From IMG/VR virus record IMGVR_UViG_3300032287_004484, positions 62,001 through 126,000 of that record: a stretch of DNA of 64,000 nt, one strand, 5' to 3'. Shown here piece by piece: positions 29,115 through 40,000 of the stretch (position 1 is its first letter; each line of letters opens with the position of its first letter). The translations under genes and the position numbers were made by a program. The notes under the pieces are model-generated. The model saw only the letters and a list, made by a program, of their open reading frames with translations, was not told the DNA's origin and searched no databases.

Positions 29115-31322
29115 ATGGCTACGAATGATAATATATCTTCTAAAGTTTTTAAAGAAATTAGAGATCGTTTAATTAAGAATGAAATTGATCCAGAAATTAT
29201 TGGATCACCAGAATGGAAGGAAATTAAAGATAATTCCTTAATTCCATTAAGTTCCGTATTTAGTGATATTAACGACACTACAATAGGAAGAGACATATCT
29301 AGACATTTAAATAACATCATTAATACTTTTGATCGTGATGATCGATATGAAAGATATAGACTAGCCATGAAGATGTCAGAGGTAGATGGAGCCTTAGATA
29401 TTTATGCATCAGAAACAGCTACTCAAGATGATAGAGGAAATGTAATAAATACATTTTGTTCATCATCTAAAGTTGAAAAAATAATAAACGATCTTTTTGA
29501 TAGAATAGGTATTGAAGATAAAGGATTTGATATTATTAAAGGTATGTGTGCTTATGGTGATGAATTTTACGAAATAATTTATTCTAAAAATGGTAAAAGC
29601 ATACATTCAATTAACATGATTCCTCGTGAATATGTTGGAAGATACGAAGAAAATGGATCACTAAAAAGTTTTTTTATTAGAAAAAGTAAAAAAACTAGAG
29701 ACCAAAGAGACTCATATTATTCATTCGATTATGCAAAAGTAAGTAAATCTGATCACGTAGAAATAGAACCTTTTAGAATTTTACATTGGAGAGTTTCTAG
29801 TAGTGAATTTGCACCTTATGGAAAAAGCATCTTAGATTCTATTATTACTCCTCTAGAAGAATTAAGATTAATGGAGCAAAGTTTATTAGTTGCTAGGATT
29901 TCTCGTGCTCCAGAGAGGAGATTGTATTATGTTAATGTTGGACAAGCGCAAGGTGAAAAAGGTATTGCTATGGCTAGAGAAATTATTAAGGGCCTTAAGA
30001 AAAAAAGTATCCTTGATAAAGCTAATGGCAATAGATTAGAAAGTAATGTTGATTTTTTTGGTGCTACTGAGGACTTAGTAATACCATTTAGAAAAGATGA
30101 AGAAAAAAGTAGCGTTGAATCTTTACCACAACTAAATGATCCTGGTCAATTACAAGATTTAGAATTTATTAGAGATAGAATTTTTCCTGGTTTAGGTATT
30201 CCTAGACAGTATCTTTTTGACGATACTTTTGCTAATGCTAATACTAATCTTTCTAATAAAAGCATTCAATTTGCTAAAAGAATTCGCAGGATTCAAAAGT
30301 TTTTTATTTATAACCTTTATAAGTTAGCGTATATTGAACTTAAATTAAGAGGAATAAATAAGAAAGATTATGAAGATCTACTAATCACAATGAATAATCC
30401 ATCTAACGTAGATGTTAGAGAAAAACTAGAAACAGAATCTAATAAATGGAATTTAGTATCGTCTATTAAAAGCATGAATAGCGATAAAGTTTTTTATAAC
30501 GATTTTCAGATTTATCAAGATGTTTTAGGTCTTAATCACGATGAAATATTAAAATTAATGGTTCAAAATATCGCACAAGAACAAAATAAAAATCCATTTG
30601 GTTTTGTTCCAGAAGATAAAAGACCTGCAGATTTTTTAATCATAGATCAACTTAAAGCAGATGTTGAAGAAGGCGGAGAAGAAGCTGTTCCTGGTGAAGA
30701 TTCTGACAATAATGGTATTCCTGATGAAGCTGAAGCAGCCTTTGCTTCTGTACCTGGCGAGGGTTCAGAAGAAGATATAAGTGGAGCACCTGATGAAGAG
30801 ACTGGCGAAGAAGAAACTGGAGTAGAAGGCGAGGAAGAACCAGTTGAAGGAGAAGAGGCTCCTGAGGAAGATGATTCAGAAACAGCTGGTGATGAATTGG
30901 GTTCTATTTTTGATAAAACTAAAAAAGAAGAGACACCAGAAATAGATGATTCTGAGACAGCTGGCGATGAATTAAATTCTATTTTTAGTGGTAAAAAGAA
31001 AACTAAAAAACAAAAGAAAGAAGTTGATAATTCTGAAAAAGCTGGTGATGAATTAACTGATATTTTTAGTTCTTTTAATCCTAAAGATAAAAAGAAAACT
31101 CAAGTTATTTTTGAACAAGCATTAAAAAGAGCTAAAAACTTTACTATTAAAAAACTTAAAAAAATTGATGAATCAACTTATAAAAGAGAAGAAATAAGAG
31201 AAATTAAAACTAATCCAAAATATACTGTTCCAATTTATAGTGAAGAGTATTTAAAGATAAGTAGTGAATTTTCTGGAATTGAAAAAATACAAGATAAACA
31301 TACATATTTTGAAGAAAAATAA
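29115..31322 (+). CDS. portal protein (T4 gp20-like) with long acidic C-terminal extension
   Basis: EVDGALDIYA, PYGKSIL, LRLMEQSLLVARISRAPERRLYYVNVG, FAKRIRRIQ. Confidence 0.93.
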   Translation: MATNDNISSKVFKEIRDRLIKNEIDPEIIGSPEWKEIKDNSLIPLSSVFSDINDTTIGRDISRHLNNIINTFDRDDRYERYRLAMKMSEVDGALDIYASETATQDDRGNVINTFCSSSKVEKIINDLFDRIGIEDKGFDIIKGMCAYGDEFYEIIYSKNGKSIHSINMIPREYVGRYEENGSLKSFFIRKSKKTRDQRDSYYSFDYAKVSKSDHVEIEPFRILHWRVSSSEFAPYGKSILDSIITPLEELRLMEQSLLVARISRAPERRLYYVNVGQAQGEKGIAMAREIIKGLKKKSILDKANGNRLESNVDFFGATEDLVIPFRKDEEKSSVESLPQLNDPGQLQDLEFIRDRIFPGLGIPRQYLFDDTFANANTNLSNKSIQFAKRIRRIQKFFIYNLYKLAYIELKLRGINKKDYEDLLITMNNPSNVDVREKLETESNKWNLVSSIKSMNSDKVFYNDFQIYQDVLGLNHDEILKLMVQNIAQEQNKNPFGFVPEDKRPADFLIIDQLKADVEEGGEEAVPGEDSDNNGIPDEAEAAFASVPGEGSEEDISGAPDEETGEEETGVEGEEEPVEGEEAPEEDDSETAGDELGSIFDKTKKEETPEIDDSETAGDELNSIFSGKKKTKKQKKEVDNSEKAGDELTDIFSSFNPKDKKKTQVIFEQALKRAKNFTIKKLKKIDESTYKREEIREIKTNPKYTVPIYSEEYLKISSEFSGIEKIQDKHTYFEEK
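30871..31070 (+). repeat. three copies of D(D/N)SE(T/K)AGDELxxIF in the portal tail
   Basis: Copies at about 30871, 30945 and 31026, separated by Lys-rich linkers. Confidence 0.85.
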
Positions 31323-31385
31323 ATAAACATACTGTCAAAATTTAAAATATATTATAATAAAAGAAAAATTTTAGGAGAAATAAGA

Positions 31386-31748
31386 ATGAGAAATTTTATT
31401 GATTATGTTGAAAGAACAAAAAGTGAAGTAGAAGGCGAAGATTATACTGATCTTTTTTTAGAAGGTTTTAGCCAAGATTTAATGAAAGTAGAAAATTTAG
31501 ACGCAGTTAAGTCTTTTATTTTAGGTTTTCTTTCTGGTTCTGGAATAAATATCACTTTAAATAAAATGACTTTAGAAAATGTAATTCATAAAGAAAATTT
31601 TAAAAACGTTGGTGATATAATTAAAAATCTACAATTACCTGAAGATATTAATGTAGATGATTTAAAGAAAAAATTAAGTAATAGTTTACTTAAATTAAAA
31701 CCAATAATTTCAAGAGAAAAAAATACAGAAAAAAAGATGCAACAATAA
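31386..31748 (+). CDS. hypothetical protein, possibly head-associated
   Basis: AGGAGA RBS; follows the portal gene. Confidence 0.7.
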   Translation: MRNFIDYVERTKSEVEGEDYTDLFLEGFSQDLMKVENLDAVKSFILGFLSGSGINITLNKMTLENVIHKENFKNVGDIIKNLQLPEDINVDDLKKKLSNSLLKLKPIISREKNTEKKMQQ

Positions 31749-31762
31749 CGGATTAATGTTTA

Positions 31763-31951
31763 ATGATTCAAGATATTCCTTCTTATATAAAAAAGATTAG
31801 AGAGAAAATTTTAAATAATAAAAATGAATTTTCTGAAAAAGATTTACAGTTAATTGATAATTTAGAATTATCTTATAATTTTATAGATTCTAAACTAAGA
31901 AAAGATTTAATGAGAGTTGAGGCTTATTATGAAAATAGTAATGGTTGTTAG
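31763..31951 (+). CDS. small hypothetical protein
   Basis: 62-aa ORF filling the gap in an operon. Confidence 0.55.
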   Translation: MIQDIPSYIKKIREKILNNKNEFSEKDLQLIDNLELSYNFIDSKLRKDLMRVEAYYENSNGC

Positions 31952-32786
31952 TAGTTTAAAATGTTTTAAAAACTTTTTAAATTACTATAACAATTCAAAT
32001 GAAGATTTTATTTTTTTAGTTGATACAAGATATAGTTCAAATCAAGAAATTATTAATGTTATTTTAGATCAAAAAGTAATTGAAAAATATCAGATAGTTC
32101 TCTCTAATCAGCTTTTTGATAATGTTAAGGAATATCTTTCTTTTAAAGAAGAATCAGTAGCAAGGAAGATATTTTATTTTCATCCAGTTGCTATTAAGTT
32201 TTTAATTTTTCCATATTTAGTGCACGTATTAAAAATTGAAAAATTCTTTTTAATAGACGACGATGTTTATATTTTAGAGCCAATACTTAAATATTTTGAA
32301 AAAGATTATGCTGTTTATTATGAATCCTTAACTTCTGTTAATTCAACTCAAAAAAAATATTTAGACCTTATATTTGAAGGAATTAAAATAAATGAACAAA
32401 AAACTAATATTAATTCTGGAACAATGGTATATACTTATAAAAAAGAACATAATCTTGAAAAATATATTTCTAATTTTTTTACTAGAGAATTACTAGATTT
32501 CTTTTATGAAAAAGAAATTGATCTTGGCATTTATGCTGGTGTGATAAGATCGAATGTTACTTTCACGATAGAACAAATATTCTTTGGATATTTTTTTGAA
32601 ACAATAAAAGAAGAAAAACAAAATCTTAAAACTCCTCATATAAAAGCTATTTGGAATTTAGATGGATCAAAATCAAAACTCAAAAAAGATCCAGCCATTA
32701 TTCATTACTGCTTAAAAGATAAAGTTTCAGCAATTAGTTATTTTAATCGTAGAATAAATAAAGTTTCTAGTCATCTATATATTTAA
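31929..32786 (+). CDS. GT-A fold glycosyltransferase (GT8-like)
   Basis: LIDDDVY (DxD), NINSGTMVY, EQ, IIHY motifs; ATG at 31929 after GAGG preferred over the track start at 31917. Confidence 0.7.
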   Translation: MKIVMVVSSLKCFKNFLNYYNNSNEDFIFLVDTRYSSNQEIINVILDQKVIEKYQIVLSNQLFDNVKEYLSFKEESVARKIFYFHPVAIKFLIFPYLVHVLKIEKFFLIDDDVYILEPILKYFEKDYAVYYESLTSVNSTQKKYLDLIFEGIKINEQKTNINSGTMVYTYKKEHNLEKYISNFFTRELLDFFYEKEIDLGIYAGVIRSNVTFTIEQIFFGYFFETIKEEKQNLKTPHIKAIWNLDGSKSKLKKDPAIIHYCLKDKVSAISYFNRRINKVSSHLYI

Positions 32787-32787
32787 T

Positions 32788-33321
32788 TTACTGAGTTAGA
32801 TTTTCATAATAATCTGGAACTATATAATTAGGTATATCTAGAGTTTTATTATTTTCCTTAATGTATTTAATCGAATTAACTATTTTTTCTTTTACTAAAT
32901 TTGGATTATTTTTAATTTCATTTTCCCAAACATAGATAATAGGTATTTGATTATATTTACAAATCTTTCTTTTTAAAATATCATTTCTTAAATTCTTTTT
33001 TTGAACTTTAGTTAGTTTATGTCTTTTTTTGATTCCTTCAAAAAAACAAAGTGAGTGCCAATAATCACCATGAACCTCAATCAACAATCTCCAATTTAAC
33101 TGTTCTATACCCATTTTATATTCATATATACAAAAATCATAAGATTTAATTTTATTTTTATGAGACAATCTATACTCTTGATGAAATGGAATATTAAGAC
33201 CAATTAGTAAATCTTTAATTGCTTTTTCAGGTTTACTTTCTCTATGCTTACCATCTTTCCATTCAAATTTTTTTAAAACTTTTTTAACTTGCTGTTTTTT
33301 AGAAATCTTTTTTCTTTTCAT
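32788..33321 (-). CDS. Vsr/DUF559-like PD-(D/E)xK endonuclease
   Basis: SKPE, YDF, IEVHGDYWH, ND..K, VWENEI. Confidence 0.85.
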   Translation of the reverse strand: MKRKKISKKQQVKKVLKKFEWKDGKHRESKPEKAIKDLLIGLNIPFHQEYRLSHKNKIKSYDFCIYEYKMGIEQLNWRLLIEVHGDYWHSLCFFEGIKKRHKLTKVQKKNLRNDILKRKICKYNQIPIIYVWENEIKNNPNLVKEKIVNSIKYIKENNKTLDIPNYIVPDYYENLTQ

Positions 33322-33374
33322 ATATAATTTATTTTTTAAAAAACTTTATTTTTCTTGTAATTAAAAATATAAAA

Positions 33375-34013
33375 ATGGTTAATAATAAGTTATTAAAAAC
33401 TGGTGGGATATATCGTTTAATTTATACGACCTGGAAAAGTCAAGAACGACCTATATCTTTTATTATTTACAGTGGACCCTTTAAAATTCATGCTCTTAAT
33501 ATTAATTCTAAAAAATTATCAATTTTAGATATTAAGAAATTTGCTTTTTTTATTAAAAAAATGAAAGCCATTAAAGGAGTAGAGAAATATACTGGAAGAG
33601 TTCTTTATAGCATTCTTAAAAAATATTTTCCGGATATCGTTAGAAAAACATATCGTACTTATACTCCTTCTCACGTGCTTGGATTTTCACTTGTCAGTAC
33701 TGGAATAATTTCTCCTGATCTTTACACTGAATATGAAAAAAGTTATTTTAATAAATTTATTTATGAACAATCTAAATATGATATTGCTTTAAGAACGTTA
33801 AATAGTGATTCTAAAACTGGATACGTTCCACCTAAAAAACCAAACATTTATAATCCTCAACCAGAAGTTAAAATAGTAACTCAAAAAGAGAATATTAATA
33901 ATATAATAAAACCAGAGTTAAAAATAGAAAAAGAAATTGAAACTAAAGAACCAATTTTACCTAGCAATCAAGGTAAAAATACTGACTTCTTTTCAATTTA
34001 TGATGAGGATTAA
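33375..34013 (+). CDS. putative DNA end protector (T4 gp2-like)
   Basis: GGIYRLIY, HALNI, YSILKK..YRTY..SHV pattern resembling gp2. Confidence 0.5.
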   Translation: MVNNKLLKTGGIYRLIYTTWKSQERPISFIIYSGPFKIHALNINSKKLSILDIKKFAFFIKKMKAIKGVEKYTGRVLYSILKKYFPDIVRKTYRTYTPSHVLGFSLVSTGIISPDLYTEYEKSYFNKFIYEQSKYDIALRTLNSDSKTGYVPPKKPNIYNPQPEVKIVTQKENINNIIKPELKIEKEIETKEPILPSNQGKNTDFFSIYDED

Positions 34014-34015
34014 AA

Positions 34016-37000
34016 ATGCCAGAGTATAGTGATTATAGCTTTTTTGGAAAAGTCCCGAAAGGGGATATATTAGCAAGAGAAATGCAAACAGTTAAGGCAT
34101 TAGAACTTGAAAATGTTAGTGATAAACAAAAAAGAAGTGATGCTGAATATAGAGAAATAACTTCTAAAAAAATAGAGTCAGAAGAAATAAAAGCTTACAA
34201 TGCTTCAGTTAAATTACCTATTTCACAAAAAACTGACGCTCAATTAGAATTAGAGGCAAAAATTGAATCAAAACAAAGATTTGATCAATTAGTTAACGAT
34301 AATAAAATTACTACATTTACAGATAGAGATAAACTTGAAAAAAATTATGCAAAAATACTTTTTAATGAAAAAGAAGAATATAGAAAAACTGCTTTAACGT
34401 CAAAAAATCAAAAAACATTAGATTCTATAGATAAATCAAAATTTAATACTGATTTTATTCAACCAAATATTACATATACTGTTCGTGATGAGAATGGAAA
34501 ATTTCAACAAAAAAATATTGATACTAAAGGTATAACAAATTATTTTGTTAATAGTTTTTTTAAAAATGATTCTAATGATAAAAATTTTTCAAAAAATCCT
34601 AAAAGTACAGTAACTGGAGGTAAAAAAAGTAATAATACTGAAAATCTTATTGTTCCAGAAATGGATATACCAAAATTAATATCCACTAAAACTCCGTTTT
34701 TTAGAAAAAGTTATTCTGCTTTTGATGTTTTAGTACCTTATATAAAATGTTATATATTAACTCCCCAATTAATGTTAGAAAATAAGTCGTCTAGTGGATT
34801 TGAAAAGAATTTTTTTGATATACCTTATAATATGATAAAAAGTTTAGAGTTAGAATTTGATGCTTCACCAGGAGTAGCAGGAAAATTTACTTTAAAATTA
34901 GAGGATGCTACTGGTGCTATTGGAGATATTTTAGTTGCTCAATTATTTTCATTAGGATTATTAAAAAATCCAGATGGTGTTCCTAAAATAAATATTGAAT
35001 TTGGTTGGGGTATAAATGGATTAAAAAAAATATCTAAAAAATACAAAATTTTTTATAAGAATTTTTTTCCAGAGTTTCAAATACATGATGTTGATATTGA
35101 ATTTAGTGAAAAATTTAAACAAGAAATGACTTTAAAGGGTTATCAAGATAAAGTAGGAATTACACAATTAAATTCTTTTTATATGAATAGTAAATCTGAA
35201 TATACTCCTTATGCAATAATTGGAAATAATCCAGTAGAAAATATAAGATTTTTACAATATTATCATTATTTTGATTCTAAAAAAAATACTCCAACTCTTG
35301 GCATGGAAATTTTTAGCGGATTAAAAGGTACAATTTTAATAAAACAATTTATAAATAAAAAAAATAAAGAAGATTTAGTTACTGGAATAATTAAAAATAG
35401 AAATTTTATTGCATCTGTTTGTGGTAAACAAAACGATATGTTTAATCATATTGTAACAACTAGTAAAGAACATAATTCTCTTAAAGATGCTTTAAAACCT
35501 TTTTTAAGTAGAAGTTATTTTCATTCGTATTTAGTTTTTTGTTATGTATTAAATCAATATATAAATGAAATAAATAAATTTTATTCTTCTAATGAAAGAG
35601 GTAAACCAGATATTTTATTTTTTTGTTATTATAGTGAACAAAATATTGATGGTTTTAGTTATAATCCAGAATTATCATTTAAAGATTATTGTATAAACGA
35701 TGTAACACTGGGTGTAAAAAAACAAAAACATACTAGTAATATTAATGATAATTTTTCAATAAACGATTCTGAGAGTTGGGAAGATGTTTTAAGTAGGCTA
35801 TCAAAATTAGTAAGATTTACTAATTCTAAAGAAAAAAATAGTAAATTAGAAGCAAACTTATATTTTGAAATAAATAGATATGTTAATTCTGATAATTCTA
35901 CTGATGTTTTATTTGAAGAAAATGATAAATTTAGTGATATTAAATTAAACAATTTAGATGTTCAAGCTTTAATTGATAAATTTAAAAAATTAGATCAATT
36001 TTATATTAAAGATCAAAATTCATCAACACAAATAAAAAAAATTCTAGAAAAATTAGAAGAAAAGAAAAAATCAAAGCAAGAGTTTATATATATAATTTTA
36101 ACATCCGGATCTCCTTTTTTAACTGATCAAAATTATGTACAAAAACCAATTCTACAGAGTTATACCGTATTTCCAAAAAATTATTCAGATGATAGATTAG
36201 ATTTTCAAAATTTTAATGCTGGATCTAAAAGTCTTTATGATGAATCTTATCCAGATGTAATAAGTTTTAGACCTAAAATTAACTATAAAAACCTTATTAA
36301 TGCTAATCTTGCAACTAATCATAATATTAATTTTTTTAATGGTGTAATTAGTTATAAACATTCTGATTTTGATGTTCTTATAAAAATAAATAGTGTTAAT
36401 GAAAGTAAAGCTTTAATAGAAAAAATAGAAAATTTAAAATCAAAAACTTTAATGTTCGATTCAAGCGATAAAAATAAAACAGTAAAAATCACTTTAAACG
36501 CTGGTGCATTTTATATAAATGATGATAAAACCTTGCCATTTATATCAACAGATTTAAGATTTCTTTTCCCAAATGGAGCAGATGAAAAAATATTTAAAAT
36601 TGGTGGAGATACAGCAAATACAGAGGAAGTAAAAATTATTTCAATTGTAAGATCACATTTTCAACAATATTTATTAATTCTTCAAAGAGGTTATCATTTT
36701 TCAACACTTAATTCTTTATTAAAAAAAAGTAAAAGGATATTTCCAGGAGATAATAATCTTTCTGATTTTTATTCTTATATTAATTCAGCAAACGAATATC
36801 GTAAATTATTAAGTTCTATGGCAGGAAGTTTTGAAGCAGAATTAAAAATATTAGGAGAACCTGCTTTCACTTATGATTTCGGACCACTTTCTTATGTTTT
36901 AATGAAAGTTAATAATTTTGATGGAAGTCCAAATGTTTTATTATCTGGTATATATTCATTATCAAAAATTAAACATACAATAGAAAGTTCAAAGTTTGAA

Positions 37001-37042
37001 ACAACTTTAACTTTAAGATATGATTCACCTTGGAACACGTAA
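34016..37042 (+). CDS. baseplate hub protein (gp27/VgrG-N-like)
   Basis: IEFGWG and C-terminal AELKILGEP..LSGIYSLSKIKHTI..FETTLTL. Confidence 0.7.
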   Translation: MPEYSDYSFFGKVPKGDILAREMQTVKALELENVSDKQKRSDAEYREITSKKIESEEIKAYNASVKLPISQKTDAQLELEAKIESKQRFDQLVNDNKITTFTDRDKLEKNYAKILFNEKEEYRKTALTSKNQKTLDSIDKSKFNTDFIQPNITYTVRDENGKFQQKNIDTKGITNYFVNSFFKNDSNDKNFSKNPKSTVTGGKKSNNTENLIVPEMDIPKLISTKTPFFRKSYSAFDVLVPYIKCYILTPQLMLENKSSSGFEKNFFDIPYNMIKSLELEFDASPGVAGKFTLKLEDATGAIGDILVAQLFSLGLLKNPDGVPKINIEFGWGINGLKKISKKYKIFYKNFFPEFQIHDVDIEFSEKFKQEMTLKGYQDKVGITQLNSFYMNSKSEYTPYAIIGNNPVENIRFLQYYHYFDSKKNTPTLGMEIFSGLKGTILIKQFINKKNKEDLVTGIIKNRNFIASVCGKQNDMFNHIVTTSKEHNSLKDALKPFLSRSYFHSYLVFCYVLNQYINEINKFYSSNERGKPDILFFCYYSEQNIDGFSYNPELSFKDYCINDVTLGVKKQKHTSNINDNFSINDSESWEDVLSRLSKLVRFTNSKEKNSKLEANLYFEINRYVNSDNSTDVLFEENDKFSDIKLNNLDVQALIDKFKKLDQFYIKDQNSSTQIKKILEKLEEKKKSKQEFIYIILTSGSPFLTDQNYVQKPILQSYTVFPKNYSDDRLDFQNFNAGSKSLYDESYPDVISFRPKINYKNLINANLATNHNINFFNGVISYKHSDFDVLIKINSVNESKALIEKIENLKSKTLMFDSSDKNKTVKITLNAGAFYINDDKTLPFISTDLRFLFPNGADEKIFKIGGDTANTEEVKIISIVRSHFQQYLLILQRGYHFSTLNSLLKKSKRIFPGDNNLSDFYSYINSANEYRKLLSSMAGSFEAELKILGEPAFTYDFGPLSYVLMKVNNFDGSPNVLLSGIYSLSKIKHTIESSKFETTLTLRYDSPWNT

Positions 37043-37045
37043 AAA

Positions 37046-40000
37046 ATGGCAGATGAAAAACTAAGTTTTGTAATTGATAGTAATCTTGATAAGATTGCAC
37101 TAAGTGTTCAAACTCTAACTGGGAACGTTGAAAAATTATATCAAGCTTTTAGAAAAAAGAATGACGCTTTATTAGTTCAAAATCGTTTAGAAGGAAAAGC
37201 AAATGAAGGTGTAGTTTCTTTAAATAGCGGATATCAATCTCTTCAGGGATCAGTTGGAGAAGTTACAAATAAAGAAAAACAATTAAATACTATCATGAAA
37301 GAATCTGAGGGTGATTTTAAAAGAATTAGAACTTCTATGTCTGGATTAAATTCTGATATGTATAAGATTGGTGATCAAATAAAAAATTCTGGTAATATTT
37401 GGACAAAAACTGGACCGTCAACATGGTCAATGCAAAATCCAGAATTAGAAAAACAATTTGAAGATAGAAGAAAAAAAGTTCGTAAAATAGAAGTTGCTAT
37501 TCAAAATTCTATTAAAAAAATGTTAGATGGTGTTCATAACGTTGGAGTTAGATTAGCAGCAGAAGCGACTAATTTAAAACCATTTGCATTAGAATTTGCT
37601 AGTGCTTTTTCTATTAATCCAATGAAATTTTTTGGATTCGGACAAGCGATGCAAGAATCATTTCAATTAATGTTAAAATTTCAACAAATGAGACATGAAT
37701 TAGCATATCTAAGTGATGCAAGTGGAGATGCATCGAAAGCTCTTAGTTTAGTATATGAAGTAGCAGGAGGTAGTGCAGTTGCGTCTGGAACAGCAACTGG
37801 TATTTTAAGAGCACTAGCAGATCAAGGTATTATAGCAAGGGATCAATTAAAATCAATTGGTATTTTAAGTGGTGATTTACAAGCAGCAACTGGATTAGCA
37901 GCATCAGAATGGGCTTCATTTACTGGAGAATTAGCATTTAATTATGGAGTTCCAGAACAAGGATTAAAAAATATAACATCTGCATTAATTGGTACTAATT
38001 TAAGAGGCGCACAGTTACAGAAAACAATGCAAAGCGTTAATAAAATATTAGCTACAACTGGATTTATTAATGGTAAACCAACAGCTGATTCAATTCATAA
38101 TTTAACAAAAGCTGTTGGTGGAGCAGTAAAACAATTTCAAGCGATGGGTATTTCCGCAGAAAAAGCAACTGGATTTATTGAAGGTCTTATGGATCCAGAA
38201 AATTTCGAGAAAAATGCTTTTCTATTTGGTAAATTAGGAATTAGCGCTTCTGAGTATGCTGGTTATTTAAACGATGCCAATGGACAACAAAAACTATTAC
38301 AAAAAACAATGTCTAATTTACCGCAATTAGCAGGAGAAATATCAAAGATACAAAATCCATTTGCAAGATTACAGTTTGCTAAAACTATTGGTTTAGATAT
38401 GCAAGTTGTTCAAAACATGGCGGGCAAAACTAAAGAAGAAATTCAGCAAATGTTAGCTGATTATGAAAAAAATAATAAAGCTGATGAAGCATTAAAAGAA
38501 AAAAAGAAAAAAATGGCTTCTGAAGCAGCTAAGTTTGATGATATGATGTTAGGATTAAAATTAAAAGTTCTTGCTCCAGTTATGAATTTTTTAAATAAAG
38601 GCGCTTTAAATAATTTTATTGCTATTTTACCTAAGATAGCAACTTCTTTAGGTTCAATTTTTGAAGCAATTACTCCTATAATTGAAACAATTACTACCGC
38701 TCTATTAGATTTAACACCAGCTTTTACAAGTATAGTGAAAGATTTTGTCAATCCATTTATAAAAATATTTCCAGCATTCTTAAAATCAGTATTAAATTTA
38801 TTACCAGGTTTAGATATGGATAATCAATCTGTAAATATGGAAGGAGCAACCCCTCAAAGTAATGCTTTATTTTCTGGTATTAAAAACTTAGTTTCTTATA
38901 TGTCTAAAATTTATCTTATATTACTTGGATGGAAAGGCTTAAATTTTATAGGTGATTCTCTTGATAAGGCTCTAGGATGGTTTAAACCAGGTAGAAAAAG
39001 AGTAATAGATGCAACTTTAGATGAACTTTCTATGTCTATAAGAAAAGGACAAATGCAAGGTGGAGGATTAAAAAATTTAGGTTTAGGAACTAAATTATTA
39101 GGGTCTTTTGCAATGATTTTTGGAGCAGGAAAATTACTTAGAAAAACAAAGGATGCTATTTTGGGAGAGAGTAAACCAAATGAGCAAGGTAAATTTGAAA
39201 GCATTAATTATTCTGCAATGGCTGAAAGACAAGGACAAAGACTTGGATCCTTTGCTGCTGGCAAAACGTTTGGATTAGGAGGAGATGCATCTTTATATAA
39301 AAATCTTAAAGTTCCTACGCCACCTATCCCAGTTCCAGATGCTACTAAGGGAGCAAAAGTACTATCATCCGTTACTAAAGCTGGAGGATTTCTAAAAACT
39401 CTTGGAAAAGCAATGGGTCCACTAAGTTTAGGATTAACAGCTTTTCAAGTAATCACTGCTGAAAATAATGAACAGCGTGCTGGAGCTGTTGGTGCTGCAA
39501 TAGGTTCCGCAATAGGTGCTACTTTAGGTTCTACAATCCCTGTATTTGGCACTATTGTTGGAGGAATGGTTGGAGGATTTTTAGGAGATTTGGCTGGCTC
39601 TGCAATAGGAAGAGTAATGGACTCTGGTAATGAGGTTGTAGAAAAAAGAGGAAAATTAACTCAAGAATCTTTAGCAAAAAATATGGAAGGTATTTTTAAA
39701 GCATTTCAAATTGGTAGGTTTGATTTAATTACTAAACAGCTAGGATTAGCTTTTGAGAATATGTATTTAACAGCTAAACAAGCATTGCAAAGAATGATAG
39801 GTGGATTTGCTGGATATGGACATGATGACGCTGCTGGACAAAATCAGGTTTTATCAATACTTAAAGAATTTGAAAAAAAATCTCAAAATATGAGTCCAGA
39901 AAAATTAGATGCTTTATTTAGAAGTTTTAAACAAAGAATACAATCAGTTGAAGGATTAAGTGGTGTTGGAAGTGATCTATATGTAAATATGTTAGAAACT

